Below, piece after piece: positions 24,936 through 37,639 of a DNA stretch of 64,000 nucleotides. The DNA comes from Azolla caroliniana (Eukaryota > Plantae > Polypodiophyta). The stretch covers positions 3,286,001-3,350,000 of the forward strand of contig JBHGNT010000016.1 of NCBI GenBank assembly GCA_043228905.1, in the 5' to 3' direction. The stretch's first letter is position 1; the number at the start of each line of letters is the position of its first letter. The position numbers and the translations under genes are program-made. The notes under the pieces are model-generated. The model saw only the letters and a program-made list of their open reading frames with translations. It ran no database searches and was not told the origin of the DNA.

Positions 24936-27071
24936 ATGGCCTCTTCTTCTTCCTTCATCATCCCCATCTTCCTGGTTTTCTGGGCAATCTCTGTTCTTAA
25001 TGCCTCATCATCATCTTCTTCTTCATTTAACACTAATGTCCAATTCCATTTCAATGGCTTCTCCCTCACAGATGTCTCCCACTTCAACTTCACCCAGTAC
25101 TCCAACATACAATTCACTGCATTGCAGGTGACGTATGACACCGGCTCTCGTGATATTGCTATCCTCAATGCATCTGGCCAAATCACATATCAAACTCCCC
25201 TCCGTCTCAGGGACAAAACACACAACTACACAGCATCCTTCAACACCTCCTTCTTGATCAATATGGGGCCAACCCAGGATACCGGCAAGAACATCTCCGG
25301 TGGCGGAATGGCCTTTATATTGAGCTCGCATCCTGCACAGGATGTGCCCCGTAGCTACGGGGCAGGACTCGGACTCGTTGATCCTTCAAACCCCTCGTCT
25401 ACCAATGATTCTAACTTTGTGGCTATCGAATTCGACACCTTTTATGACCCCGGCATCGACCCCCACAACGCCAACCATGTCGGCATCGATGTCAACACTG
25501 TCAAGTCTGCGGTCACCCAAGACCTCGATGCATATAACATCACTTTGAATCAGAATCTCTTGAACGTGGGAACCTACACATGGGTTTGGATCGATTATGA
25601 TAGCCATGCCAAGGGCTTCGACATTTTCCTCGCTACCAAGGTCTCGAACAGCACCATCCCAAAACCTAAGGTGCCTGTTATTCAGTATTGGTTAGAACTT
25701 GATCAGATCCTTCCGGAGAATGTCTACTTGGGCTTCTCTGCATCCACAGGCACCATCAAAGAGACCCACTGTGTCCTACAATGGTACTTCAACTCCACTA
25801 GCTTCCCCAAGGAAAACAACAAAACCCTAATCATAGGCCTCTCTGTGGGCTTATCCATACCACTCCTTCTCATAGCTTCCATGGTGACGCTCTGCATTAT
25901 CAAACAGAGGAAAGTGCAATCAGATCTACTTAAGCATTTAGGAGATCTAAACTATGGTCCCAGGAGATTCTCTCATAGGGAGCTGAAGAGGGCCACTGGC
26001 AAGTTCAGTGAAGGGAACAAGCTTGGGGAGGGAGGTTTTGGCTCGGTGTACAGGGGGAGGCTAGCCTCCATCAATACAGAGATAGCAGTGAAGTGCCTGT
26101 CGTCCAAATCCGCACAAGGAGAGAGGGAGTTCAAAGCAGAGATACGAAGCATGGGGAGGATGAGGCACAAGAACCTGGTCCAGCTCCTTGGGTGGAGCTA
26201 TGAGAACTGCAACAGAAAGCTCATGCTGGTCTATGAGTACATGCCCAATGGAAGCTTAGACAGATGGTTGTCTACAGGAGGCAGAAATTCTCGGCATAGC
26301 TCCACAGATCCACATCCTTTCAGTTGGGAGAGACGATACAACGTGTTGCGAGGGGTAGCAGCAGGCCTTCACTACCTCCATGAAGAATGGGAGATGGTGG
26401 TCATACACAGAGATCTGAAGCCAAGCAACGTGATGCTGGATGAGGATTTCAATGCGAGGCTAGGCGATTTCGGCCTGGCCAAACTCATCAGAAACCGTAA
26501 CCGTAAGCCTGATGGAGATGGACAGAGTATTCAGACGACTTCGATTGCTGGGACGTTAGGTTATATGGCACCAGAGTGTTTGGAGGCCGCAGTCATAACA
26601 AAGCAGTCGGATGTGTATAGCTTTGGAGCCGTGGCTATGGAGGTTGTCACAGGAAAGAAACTCTCCACACAGAATCTGCATCGGCTATGGATGATTAAGG
26701 CAGAAAGTGGTAATATTCTGAACAGTGAGTTTGCAGAGGAGAACGGTATCATCGGTTATAGCTCCCATGGAAGCTTAGAAGAGAGGGAGCAGATGGAGAT
26801 GGTGCTAGAGATGAGCTTAGCTTGCTGCCATCCTGATCCTTCCTGTAGACCTACGGTGCGTCAGATCGTACACGCCCTTTCGTCTTCTAATGGTGATGAT
26901 GGTGATGGAGACCCTAACCTGTCCACAGCCGTAACCTGGGAACACATTCATCGTTACATGAACTATCTGTCTGAATCTACCCAATGTAACAGGACCCCGG
27001 ATCCTTCTGCTTCTTCTTCTCCAGCTGCCATGGATTCTTCCATATCTCTACCATCACAGACAGGGAGGTGA
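24936..27071 (+). CDS. L-type lectin-domain receptor-like Ser/Thr kinase, copy D (711 aa, intronless)
   Basis: Uninterrupted ORF with signal peptide, lectin domain, TM helix and complete RD-kinase motifs (GEGGFG, IAVK, HRDLKPSN, DFG, APE). Confidence 0.96.
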   Translation: MASSSSFIIPIFLVFWAISVLNASSSSSSSFNTNVQFHFNGFSLTDVSHFNFTQYSNIQFTALQVTYDTGSRDIAILNASGQITYQTPLRLRDKTHNYTASFNTSFLINMGPTQDTGKNISGGGMAFILSSHPAQDVPRSYGAGLGLVDPSNPSSTNDSNFVAIEFDTFYDPGIDPHNANHVGIDVNTVKSAVTQDLDAYNITLNQNLLNVGTYTWVWIDYDSHAKGFDIFLATKVSNSTIPKPKVPVIQYWLELDQILPENVYLGFSASTGTIKETHCVLQWYFNSTSFPKENNKTLIIGLSVGLSIPLLLIASMVTLCIIKQRKVQSDLLKHLGDLNYGPRRFSHRELKRATGKFSEGNKLGEGGFGSVYRGRLASINTEIAVKCLSSKSAQGEREFKAEIRSMGRMRHKNLVQLLGWSYENCNRKLMLVYEYMPNGSLDRWLSTGGRNSRHSSTDPHPFSWERRYNVLRGVAAGLHYLHEEWEMVVIHRDLKPSNVMLDEDFNARLGDFGLAKLIRNRNRKPDGDGQSIQTTSIAGTLGYMAPECLEAAVITKQSDVYSFGAVAMEVVTGKKLSTQNLHRLWMIKAESGNILNSEFAEENGIIGYSSHGSLEEREQMEMVLEMSLACCHPDPSCRPTVRQIVHALSSSNGDDGDGDPNLSTAVTWEHIHRYMNYLSESTQCNRTPDPSASSSPAAMDSSISLPSQTGR

Positions 27072-28632
27072 GAGAGGTCATCCATCTTCTTCTTCTTCTT
27101 CTTCGTGCTTCATCCCTGATCTTGTTTAAGTAGTTAGTTTAGCAGGATAATGTAGGGGGAGGGGAGGGGTATTCCCAAAATATTTGAGAAAATACACACA
27201 CATACGTAACATTGATATACATGTACACATACATGTACATATACATACAATATACATATACATATACATATATGTGCATCAATAGCCATATGCATATGAA
27301 TATATAGATACATAGAGATATGCTTAAGCATATGCATATAAGTACATACATACATATATGTATGTGTATGTATGGATGGATGGATGGATGGATGGATGGA
27401 TGGATGGATGGATGTAAACTTATCATACCATGTTGCACACATATACATGTCCTCACCACCCATCAACCATCACGTAACATGACATACGAGTCATATTTGG
27501 AGACAATACCCCCCACGAGTCTAACTCTCTCCATATGTCAATGCATGATGATTTGTATGACCATGAACGAGTGGGACGCAATCTCACCTCGTGAATTCCA
27601 TCAGTGTTCTGGAATGCAAACAACAATCTCTCATTTATCAACTTTGTTTTCGCTACTCTCCTAGTGTCGATGCAACACTAATGAAGCATCCATCATTGGG
27701 TGTTTCTCTTGCTCACAAACGATCAAGCATCTTGATCTCTCCTAGTTTACAATGTATCGCAAACCCTTGCTTGCGAGAAAATGATCGGAGGTAAATATTT
27801 ATCCGTGGCCAAATTATCAATTTTGTGTTTGGCATGAATTCAGAATAACTCTTTACAATACAGTCAATCCCATCGTACAACATGTTAAAGTTGCTACGTA
27901 AATTGGTGTCATCAACTTTCTTCTTCTTCTTCTTCTCTCTTCTCGACATCCCCCTCATACACATCGATCCCCGTCATCCCTCGCATACACCCCTCTTTTG
28001 TATCACACGAGACTACATATTGTAGCCGTGAAATCTTTACTTAAGCTTTAATTTTTGTTTTTCGGTAGGACATGCTTGGGACTACTTTTTTTAGTAGCCG
28101 TCATTTTTGTACTTTTCAAAACTCTACCCCCCTTCATTTTCCTAAACTACCCTCCCACTCAATTTTCATTAATTACCACCCTACCCTTCCCCTCATTTTT
28201 CCCTAATTTCCACCTTACCCCTCCATTACCCTTTAGTTTAATACCCTCCTACCCCTCCCATAGTACCATCCTACCCCTACCCTCACTTTTGAAAATACTC
28301 TCCTCACCCTCCCCTACTTTTCATATTTTTACCTCTAGCCCTCCCCTCATCTAAACAATACTTTATCCCTATCCCTCATCTCTGTTAAAACTCTACCTTC
28401 CCCTTCTCTCTTACTTTTTAACCCCACACGTGTGCCCACATCACCATGCCCTTTTCCCTAGCTTATAACAACCTTACCCCTCCTTCCTTAAACATGCACA
28501 TGCACGTGTGCACATATACATACACATCCCTTCCCCACATCTAGCCCTATCCCTCCCCTCATCTAAACCCATACTTTATCCCTATCCCTACCCCTCATCT
28601 CTCTTAAAACTCTACCTTCCCCTTCTCTCTTA

Positions 28633-30045
28633 AGGGTGGCTCTTTGACTCATTAATGACCCCCTCCCTCATGTATGCATCAGCGGTTTGGGCTCCAGGAT
28701 TACCATCCTTCATGTGGACGCAATTAGAGAGACCATTGGTGATGATGTTATCACACCAACTCCGAAGCAAATCGACTATACCACATGACATTATTAGGGC
28801 CGAGTTCACGTTACCCCCAATGCTAGTAGAGGCACTTTTTCAACTTGTAGTCTTTATTGATAGGATACATAGCCAACCACATGATAGAATATCTCATCAA
28901 GCCTTTAAGGCCTCTCGATCATTGTATGAGTCCGGCTATACTAGCTCATGGTATGGCATGATGGTGACTTGGCTTCTTGCGAATGGTCTAGACATTAATA
29001 ACCTACCTCCCCTCAGGTACAACCACACGAGTGATAACACCCTAATCTCTCATGAGAATCGTAATAAAGTAATACGCCAAGAAATATGGCAAATTTACAC
29101 TCGGTGTAAATGGATCACCCCACTAGAGCCACTCCCATCTAAAATGTCGTACTATAAGAAACACTTCATGCACTTCTCTGAGTTAGGTTTTATCACGCGG
29201 CCAAAATATCTAGATGTATTCTTACCACATGCACTAAGGGTTGCCATTGGACAACTTAGAATATCATCTCACCAACTTGAGATTGAAAATGGTCGTACTA
29301 GTGGAGTCCCTAGGGAGGAAAGGATATGTAGGTTATGTCACATAGAGATAGAGGATGAGTACCACTTTACATGCAAGTGTCCAACCTATGCCGAGATAAG
29401 GGCAAAATACCAAGACATACTTGGTCCGTCTCCCACCCTCCCCAAACTATTAGATACTCTAGATATAAAGAAATTAGGCAAATACATTCTAGAGCTAAAA
29501 CAACACAGAGAGAATAAATTACAAAATGTTGACAATAATGTTGCTAATGATCACGAACATGTAACAAATGCAGTTTTTCAGGAACCTGAGGAGACAACGA
29601 ATGCCGACACACTTGCACCACTCGCCTTTCCATTGATGAGGCAGAAAACCAGAGAAGAACCAGACGTCCTCGGGTGCCGGGTTTCAAAGCAACTCAACGT
29701 GATGTGGAAGCAATATTGAAAATAAGGGAACGTGAGCTACACCGCCTAGAAGCCATGGCTAGGGCACTCTCTACATTGGATCCCACATCAAGACCCTTTG
29801 ACCCCCCACTTCTTTTCGAGAGGCTTGGGTGGAAATAAAATTAGGCTTAGTGTATAGTCACTTTCGAGTATACTACATATTGTACACTACTAGAACTCTT
29901 TTAGTTTTAGTTCTATTTTTTTTACTTAATTTTATTTTAGTTATGATGACTAGATAAATACTCTATTGTTGTAAACCAATTGTCTCATGGGCCAAATTTG
30001 GCCTTAGAAGACGTTAATACATCTTTCTTTCTTTCTTTCTTTCTT
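28633..30045 (+). mobile_element. 5'-truncated RTE-X-like LINE fragment
   Basis: ORF 28655-29719 begins in an RT thumb-like region (LFDSLMTPSLMYASAVW) and has LRISSHQLEIENGR...RICRLC...EDEYHF..CP.Y, a CCHC finger. 3' UTR ends in a (TTTC)n tail at 30022-30045. Confidence 0.8.
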
Positions 30046-30412
30046 ACATTTTACCCCATACCTTCCCCTCTCTCTTACTTTTTAACCCCACACGTGTGCC
30101 CACATCACCATTCCCTTTTCCCTAGCTTATAACAACTTTACCCCTCCTTCCTTAAACATGCACATGCACGTGTGCACGTATACATGCACATCCTTTCCCC
30201 CTATCTCTCACTTCTCCCTACACTCTTTCCCATACCCTCTCACTCCTTCCCTCTTACTATTTCCTTTTCCCTATCCTTAAAAAACCTTAAACCTTACACA
30301 TCCCACTATCTTTTTCTCCTCTTAAATGTGCACATATGCACATAGCACACCCCTACCCCCCCAATTCCCAACTTTGATCACACACCCTCACTCTACCCCT
30401 CTCCTAAATTCC

Positions 30413-30420
30413 TATATAAA
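30413..30420 (+). promoter_or_regulatory. TATA box upstream of the hammerhead
   Basis: CCTATATAAACC, ending 17 bp before stem I of the ribozyme. Confidence 0.55.
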
Positions 30421-30437
30421 CCCCCTCCCTCACCCTC

Positions 30438-30498
30438 ATGGTCTTATGTTGGCACTGATGAGCCCTTGATGGGCGAAACTAGTTTGCCATAAGACCAT
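30438..30498 (+). ncRNA. Minimal type I hammerhead ribozyme
   Basis: Stem I ATGGTCTTA(TGT)TGGCA / TGCCATAAGACCAT; core CTGATGA; stem II GCCC-TTGAT-GGGC; GAAA; palindromic minimal stem III (ACTAGT); GUU cleavage triplet, predicted cut after 30484. Confidence 0.88.
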
Positions 30499-33229
30499 AC
30501 CTCAAACCCCATGTAATTTTTCATTTATAATGTTAATTACATGTTTTTAATTATGTTTCTCTCCCTCTCCCTCTCTCTTTTAATCATGTTTTAATTTTGT
30601 TTTGTTTTTGTAGTTCGTAATAGCACCTCTCTCTTTCATTTTTATTAGTATGGTAATCCTCTCCCCTCCCCTTACCCCTCGTTTTTAAATTTTAATTATG
30701 TTTTTAATCTCATTTTTTAGTTTTAATCTTAGGTTTATTTATGTTTTAATCTCTCTCTCTCTCTCTCTCTCACTTTATTTTAATTAGTATGTTAATCCCC
30801 CTCCCTTTAACCCTATCTTTTAATTTCTTTCTAATTACCTCACCCTTTACTTTGTTTTTAGGTTCATGTTTCTAGATTTAGATTTATGTTTGTTAGTTTT
30901 CGGATTATGTTTTTTGTTTTAGTGTTTATGTTTTTAACCTTAGTGTTTAACCCCCCACCCCTCTTCCTTTTTGTTATTCCTAATCATGCGGGCTCCCTCT
31001 CCTTTCTTCTACCTCGTCTTCGATTCAGGTGCGCTCAAATCGAGCGTGGTGTTCCTCTTCGCTTACCTCTACCTACCGATGATCCACCATTCCGCACTCC
31101 TTGTTCCGACCGCAAGGTCCATAACCCACAACTTCTCTTTGACATTTATGAAAACATATATAGATAATATGTGGTATAATCACGTAGCTCAACATGACCA
31201 TACCTGCAATATATATAATCCCCTTGAAGTATCATTTTGGCGAAAACAACACTCACCAAAACAATTGTGTTGATTCTAATCTATTGTGATTGAATCACCC
31301 CTCAAGGAAAATTGCCATAAGTAATCCTTCATAGATTTGTATGGAAAACTAGGTAGTGAACAAAATTGAAACTTTCGCATGTAGTTTCGTTCGAGAAATA
31401 AATCTTCTAAAATAAACAACTTCCACGAGAAACATGTAGTTAGAACTTGTACTTTTCCATGTATTTCTTGGAAAGGCTTCTGCTTGTCACGTTGTTTATT
31501 AGGTTGTGCCCCATGGCCATGTGATGTTGTGCAAGCGTGAAAATGACATAGTGATTACGTTAGGTAGCAACCCGTCCAATGATCATAGATGACCATCTTA
31601 TGCTTTTGGAGAGGTTTTCATTCGTCAAAAGCGTATGTTTTGAAAAAAAGAAGGATATAAAGATTTTGTTTTATGTGACCTCTTTGGATTAAGTTCATTG
31701 GGATCACTACCAAATACTCATTTGACTATTCAACCATTCAAGCCATCTAAGAAGAACCAATGATAATCCCGAGTCAAGATATCTAAGGGAATAGAACTCA
31801 TCTAGTAATCTGCATCTCAATTACACATGTCGTGGAAATTTTCCTTCACACAAATTCGTGGAAGGATCCCAAAATCATCATTAAGTCTTGACATATTTAT
31901 CCACATATGAGCAAGGCTATATCAACATCATTAAATAATGAACAACCATGAAATAAGGACAATTCCCATGTCCTTATGCAATGGAAGCATATGCCCATTT
32001 GTTTTTTTACTTCAATTATTTATTTGAAACTCGAACAAAAAACTTTACCCATCGAGAAATTTGATTAAGAGTACCTGTAACCTAAACATACCCTTCAATG
32101 AAGGTACGTAATATTTGTGTTCTTAGCCCAAACATTCGTTTTCATACTGATACAAACGAATGCGTATGTTATAAAAACATTCTTTTGTTTTTTTTAACAC
32201 TTTTACCTTAATTTTCTTACCCTAAAAAAAATTTACCTTATAAAAAATAATGAGTGCAAAAGTATGGTATTTACCATACTTCGAGGGTGTTTTTCTTACA
32301 CGAATGATTAGAATGTTTGCAAATGCGAATGCACGAATGGTATGCTATGATTCATACTATGGCCTTCATCAATCATAGTATGATATTTGAATTTTGCTTG
32401 TTTATATTTTATGTTCACTAAGGAGCTGTGAACTACAAAAAAGTTTGGTAATGATGTCATTGAAAATACATGTGCATCTAGATTTATAATGATAGATGCT
32501 ATTTGTAACTTTTTACATAGTCCCTTTGCATAAAAGACTTTTTTTTTTTCCAAAAAAAAACTCCTTCCATTAGTCTTTGCATAAAAGACTTCAAATCATG
32601 TTGTACAAATTGAACCAATACGTTCTATCATGAGTTCATAGTTATGTTTATGTTTATTCAGTTTGCGAAGGAGAAAGGTAAAATAAAAAGCGATGAGGTA
32701 AATGACATGCTTGCTCATGATGGTGATAATGTTGACATATCATCAATTACCAACACATAAGCCACAAATGCTTATCCTATACTATCAAATATTTCCTCAT
32801 GTTATACCTTGGATATTGAGACATATGGATCCGAAGGAAAACAACCTTGCCTTCGCAAAATCTCAAGATGTCGTAATGAAAGGGGTAGTCAATCCTGTTT
32901 ATGTAGTCAAATACTTTAGACCCCAAAACCACATCTTCCCATATGTCATGTCCTTATAGGATCTTTCAACATGTAACCTGGTTACAAAAACTAGACAACG
33001 ACGCATATAAAGCTAAACAAGGAATGAAGTCCAAGATCATATGTTGGCATTCCAAAATTGTTCAACATGTCATACATATAATTGGGGCTTATCTTGGACT
33101 TGATTTTGTCAAAGTAGTTATAAGTCATCACATATTCGATCCAAGTGAGTATCTAAAAGCACTTATGGGTATCAATTATGTAATCTTGTAAGAATCCACA
33201 CACCTTAACAGATGTTGCAAGGTGGCTCT

Positions 33230-33838
33230 TAGCTATGGGCCTGGTTTTGGCTCGAACCGAACCGAACCGTTAAGCCATGGTTGATCAGTTTCAAAAACAT
33301 TTAATGGTTTGGTTTGGCTTGGGTTATAAATAAACGGTTCAAATTTAGTTCGGTTTGGTTCTACAACTCAAGTTTAGCAGTTTATAAGTTTGGTTTAAAG
33401 GTTTATGGTGAACTTTTTTTTATCCCTTAATAGTTTACTAATTTAATGGTTTAATTAATGATTTTTTATTGATTTAATTCATTTAACTTAAATGCTTATT
33501 TAATTTAATGGTTTAATTAATGCTTTTTTTATTGATTTAACTTAAACGTTTATTTAATTTAATGATTTAATTAATGCTTTTTTATTGATTTAACTTAAAT
33601 GTATTTTTGTTTATTTAGTTTTAATTAGTTTGACTTAAGTGATTAGGTTTAAATTCTTTATTCAATGGTTCACTTTGGTTTCAACTTTTCCATAAATGGT
33701 TTGGTTTATCACTTGTTAAATAGTTTCGTTTAAATAACTTACAAGCTCCTAAACAATTTGGTTTGGTTTTTAATTTTATATAAAGGGTTCGGTTTAGTTC
33801 AATTTCAAGGCACAGAAACCGAACCGGGCCTATTGCTA
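33230..33838. mobile_element. hAT-type MITE, independent insertion in opposite orientation
   Basis: TIRs TAGCTATGGGCC / GGCCTATTGCTA; 8-bp TSD GTGGCTCT (33222-33229, 33839-33846); empty site GGTGGCTCTAACC in the paralogous flank near 18374. Confidence 0.92.
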
Positions 33839-34373
33839 GTGGCTCTAACCATTATATAAATTGGTACATTGACTTTACTAATGCTAGGATGAAATCGTGA
33901 TGTTGATAGATCTATATTGACCTATGGGAGCAATTTTTCAAAATGCCCTCTTGATTATTGAAGTAGAATATTTGGTGGTAACTCATAGCTACAATCTACA
34001 AACAAACAACATTTCTCCACAACTAGTGGGATCTTTTAAGCAATAACCTCGAGATTCCACTGTGTTCATGTGCTAACTTGACCACTTTGCTTGATTGGCT
34101 ACATATTATCAGTTATATATATATATAGAAACTACCCTATATAGCCTTTCTCCAAAAATATCTCCTAACTAATGGGAAAGTAGCTCCTTTTTTGGATTAA
34201 AAAACAAACACCTCCTATTCCTTGGTCTCTTCTTTCCTTTTGTATATCAAAAGTTTTGGGCCTCATAAAATCAAACCACAAAATGGGGCAAATGGGCATA
34301 TACAAAGTGCTCACCACTTGTAAATTCAAGAGTCAAGAAAAGGTAACGTGGAAGAATAGCAATTACATGCTTT

Positions 34374-36377
34374 GTTGTTAAAGCTTCGTGTATTTTTACA
34401 AACACGTGCTAATAGAAACGTGAATTACATCAATATGTTATTCCATACATCAATAGATTTGCACGTGCTAATACAAGCTAGTAACCCATGAATATTCACG
34501 TGGTGTTGTGCATATAACTTACATGAATCTATTGGGTTAATATTCTTTTTTGAAACCTTTCCACTAAAAATATAGCCAAAACTAGATGCATGATGGAATG
34601 TACATGTGCATACATGCTTGTAAGTTGTATGCATGCATGCATCTATGTATGTATATACGTATGTAATAGGCATATATGTATGTATGCAAATATACATACA
34701 TACACGTATGTAAATGTATGTATGTATAATACGTATTTCAAATTATTCAAGATTTCAATTTTCAGTTTTAAAATTTTATACTTTTTAATATTTCAAATTA
34801 TTAAAGAAATTAAACATTAAAAGGCATGAAATGCAATGGATATGAATCTAATATTCCCCTCCACATAGAGCAATCTCCTAAACATTAAAGGTAGAATAAA
34901 CCACTAAACATTAAAAGGCATGGAATTCAGTGTATATGAATCTAAGTTTCCCTTGGAGAAATCTCGCCACTCACAAAAGGAAGGAAAATAGAAATTTCCT
35001 AATTCTCATATTAAATAAGTCTAAGAGTCACATTAAAAACGTGTTGTTAAAGCTTCGTGTATTTTTACAAACACGTGCTAATAGAAACGTGAATTACAGC
35101 AATATGTTATTCCGTACATCGATAGATTTGCACGTGCTAATACAAGCTAGTAACCCATGGAAAATCACGTGGTGTTGTGCATATAACTTACGTGACTCTA
35201 TTGGCTTAATATTCTTTATCGATACCTTTCCACTAAAAATATAGCCAAAACTAGATGCATGATGGAATGTACATGTGCATACATGCTTGTAAGTTGTATG
35301 CATGCATGCATCTATGTATGTATATACGTATGTAATAGGCATATATGTATGTATGCAAATATACATACATACACGTATGTAAATGTATGTATGTATAATA
35401 CGTATTTCAAATTATTCAAGATTTCAATTTTCAGTTTTAAAATTTTATACTTTTTAATATTTCAAATTATTAAAGAAATTAAACATTAAAAGGCATGAAA
35501 TGCAATGGATATGAATCTAATATTCCCCTCCACATAGAGCAATCTCCTAAACATTAAAGGTAGAATAAACCACTAAACATTAAAAGGCATGGAATTCAGT
35601 GTATATGAATCTAAGTTTCCCTTGGAGAAATCTCGCCACTCACAAAAGGAAGGAAAATAGAAATTTCCTAATTCTCATATTAAATAAGTCTAAGAGTCAC
35701 ATTAAAAACGTGTTGTTAAAGCTTCGTGTATTTTTACAAACACGTGCTAATAGAAACGTGAATTACAGCAATATGTTATTCCGTACATCGATAGATTTGC
35801 ACGTGCTAATACAAGCTAGTAACCCATGGAAAATCACGTGGTGTTGTGCATATAACTTACGTGACTCTATTGGCTTAATATTCTTTATCGATACCTTTCC
35901 ACTAAAAATATAGCCAAAACTAGATGCATGATGGAATGTACATGTGCATACATGCTTGTAACTTGTAAGTTGTATGCATGCATGCATCTATGTATGTATA
36001 TACGTATGTAGGCATGCATATACATACGTATAGGCACATATGTATGTATGCAAATATACATACATACACGTATGTAAATGTATGTATGTATAATATGTAT
36101 TTCAAATTATTCAAGATTTCAATTTTCAGTTTTAAAATTTTATACTTTTTAATATTTCAAATTATTAAAGAAATTAAACATTAAAAGGCATGAAATGCAA
36201 TGGATATGAGTCTAATATTCCCCTCCACATAGAGCAATCTCCTAAACATTAAAGGTAGAATAAACCACTAAACATTAAAAGGCATGGAATTCAGTGGATA
36301 TGAATCTAAGTTTCCCTTGGAGAAATCTCGCCACTCACAAAAGGAAGGAAAATAGAAATTTCCTAATTCTCATATTC
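34374..36377. repeat. Tandem triplication of a 669-bp unit upstream of copy E
   Basis: Near-identical blocks; matching spurious ORFs recur at 34425/35094/35763 and 34930/35599 (669-bp period). Confidence 0.95.
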
Positions 36378-36509
36378 ACTGTTCAATGACCGTCCACTTT
36401 TGGGAAATTAAATAAGTCTAAGAGTCACATTAAAAACGTGCCATGGATGTCACATATGTACATTTCCCAAATAATTCGTAGATGGTCAAAATTGACTTAT
36501 AACAAAATA

Positions 36510-36726
36510 CATTAAATTAAATAAATATTTAAATTAATAAAAAAAACATTAATCAAACCATTAAAAGGAAAAAAGAAGTGAACCAAAAACCTTTAAACCA
36601 AACAAGTTAAACCTATAAACAGATAAAGTCAAGTTTTAGAACCAAACCAAGCCAGTAATTTTTTTGGGAAATAATAAACTGTTAAGCGGTTCGGTTTAGT
36701 TTGAGCCTACAGTGGGCCCATAGCTA
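36510..36726. mobile_element. Partial hAT-type MITE upstream of copy E (same site as 19888 and 23720)
   Basis: Right terminus GGGCCCATAGCTA followed by GAAGGAAC; left part deleted. Confidence 0.75.
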
Positions 36727-37523
36727 GAAGGAACGAAGTTTCACTTATTTCTTTTCAATTGAAATGTTGGATTTTAGATTCTTTCTAAGAAATAAATGAT
36801 TGGGTGGCAAAATCTTCCAACTCGAAAAAGAGTTTCAGTTCTAGTTCGTGGGGTACAAATTGACCAATGTACAATACATCATAGAGTTTACTAAGTAATT
36901 GCGTTAACTTTGTAATAACTTCCAAAGCCAAAGTTGGGCATTGTGAGCCCAACATGGTCAACGTGATGCGCATTTTGTACTCGATTCCAGAATGCGGACA
37001 AGTTGACAATATATGATTGACAGATATCAATAATGCATGGTGCAAACTATGACAAGAGTTGAATTTCACCATCTACATACATACAGACCATAAGCTAAAA
37101 GTTCGAACAAACCCTTTTGTTTGTCGATTTGTAGGCTGCCAAAGACACGGAGCTTTTTGAGTTAGGAGGGTAGGTGGTAGTAAACACGATTTTGATAAAA
37201 AGCCAAGCATTGTCCAATGAGCAAATATGTATGGGTTTCAAGCCGACCAAAATGCCCTAGGGTAATAATGTATGACCCCCCCAAAAAAAACAACATTAAA
37301 GAATACTTTGAATGCGTGTCTATACATATGTCTATATGAACCCAAATGTGGTAAGGTGGACATAAGGGTGACAGCCACCATACATACAGTTCCTGAAATA
37401 ATCCCCAATCCAAAGGCCCAGACTAGCATATCATTAATATTATAGAGATTTCAATTCTTCTTTACTTCTGGTTGCAATCCAGATATATCGCATGCACCAT
37501 TATCTCCGAGGAACCTTATTGCT

Positions 37524-37601
37524 ATGGCATCTTCTTCTTCTTCTTCTTCCATCATTATCCTCATCTTCTTGGTTTTCTGGGCAATCTCTAGTCTGGATAC
37601 C

Positions 37602-37639
<38 letters not shown>

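Larger units (their letters stand above)
27905..31125 (+). mobile_element. Pyrimidine-rich insertion carrying TATA + hammerhead ribozyme; probable Penelope-like element remnant (boundaries approximate)
   Basis: Replaces the sequence found in the paralogous flank of copy B (~11570-11850). Contains C-rich internal repeats (28396 vs 30061), TATATAAA at 30413 and a minimal hammerhead. No RT/GIY-YIG ORF visible. Confidence 0.5.

Noticed and set aside
32099-32368. Small insertion with TGAAGG/CCTTCA ends, absent from paralogous flanks
   Set aside because: Probably a MITE, but TSD and boundaries were ambiguous.
34425-36184. Repeated 64-104 aa ORFs
   Set aside because: Arise from (ATGT)n-rich tandem units; no protein signature.
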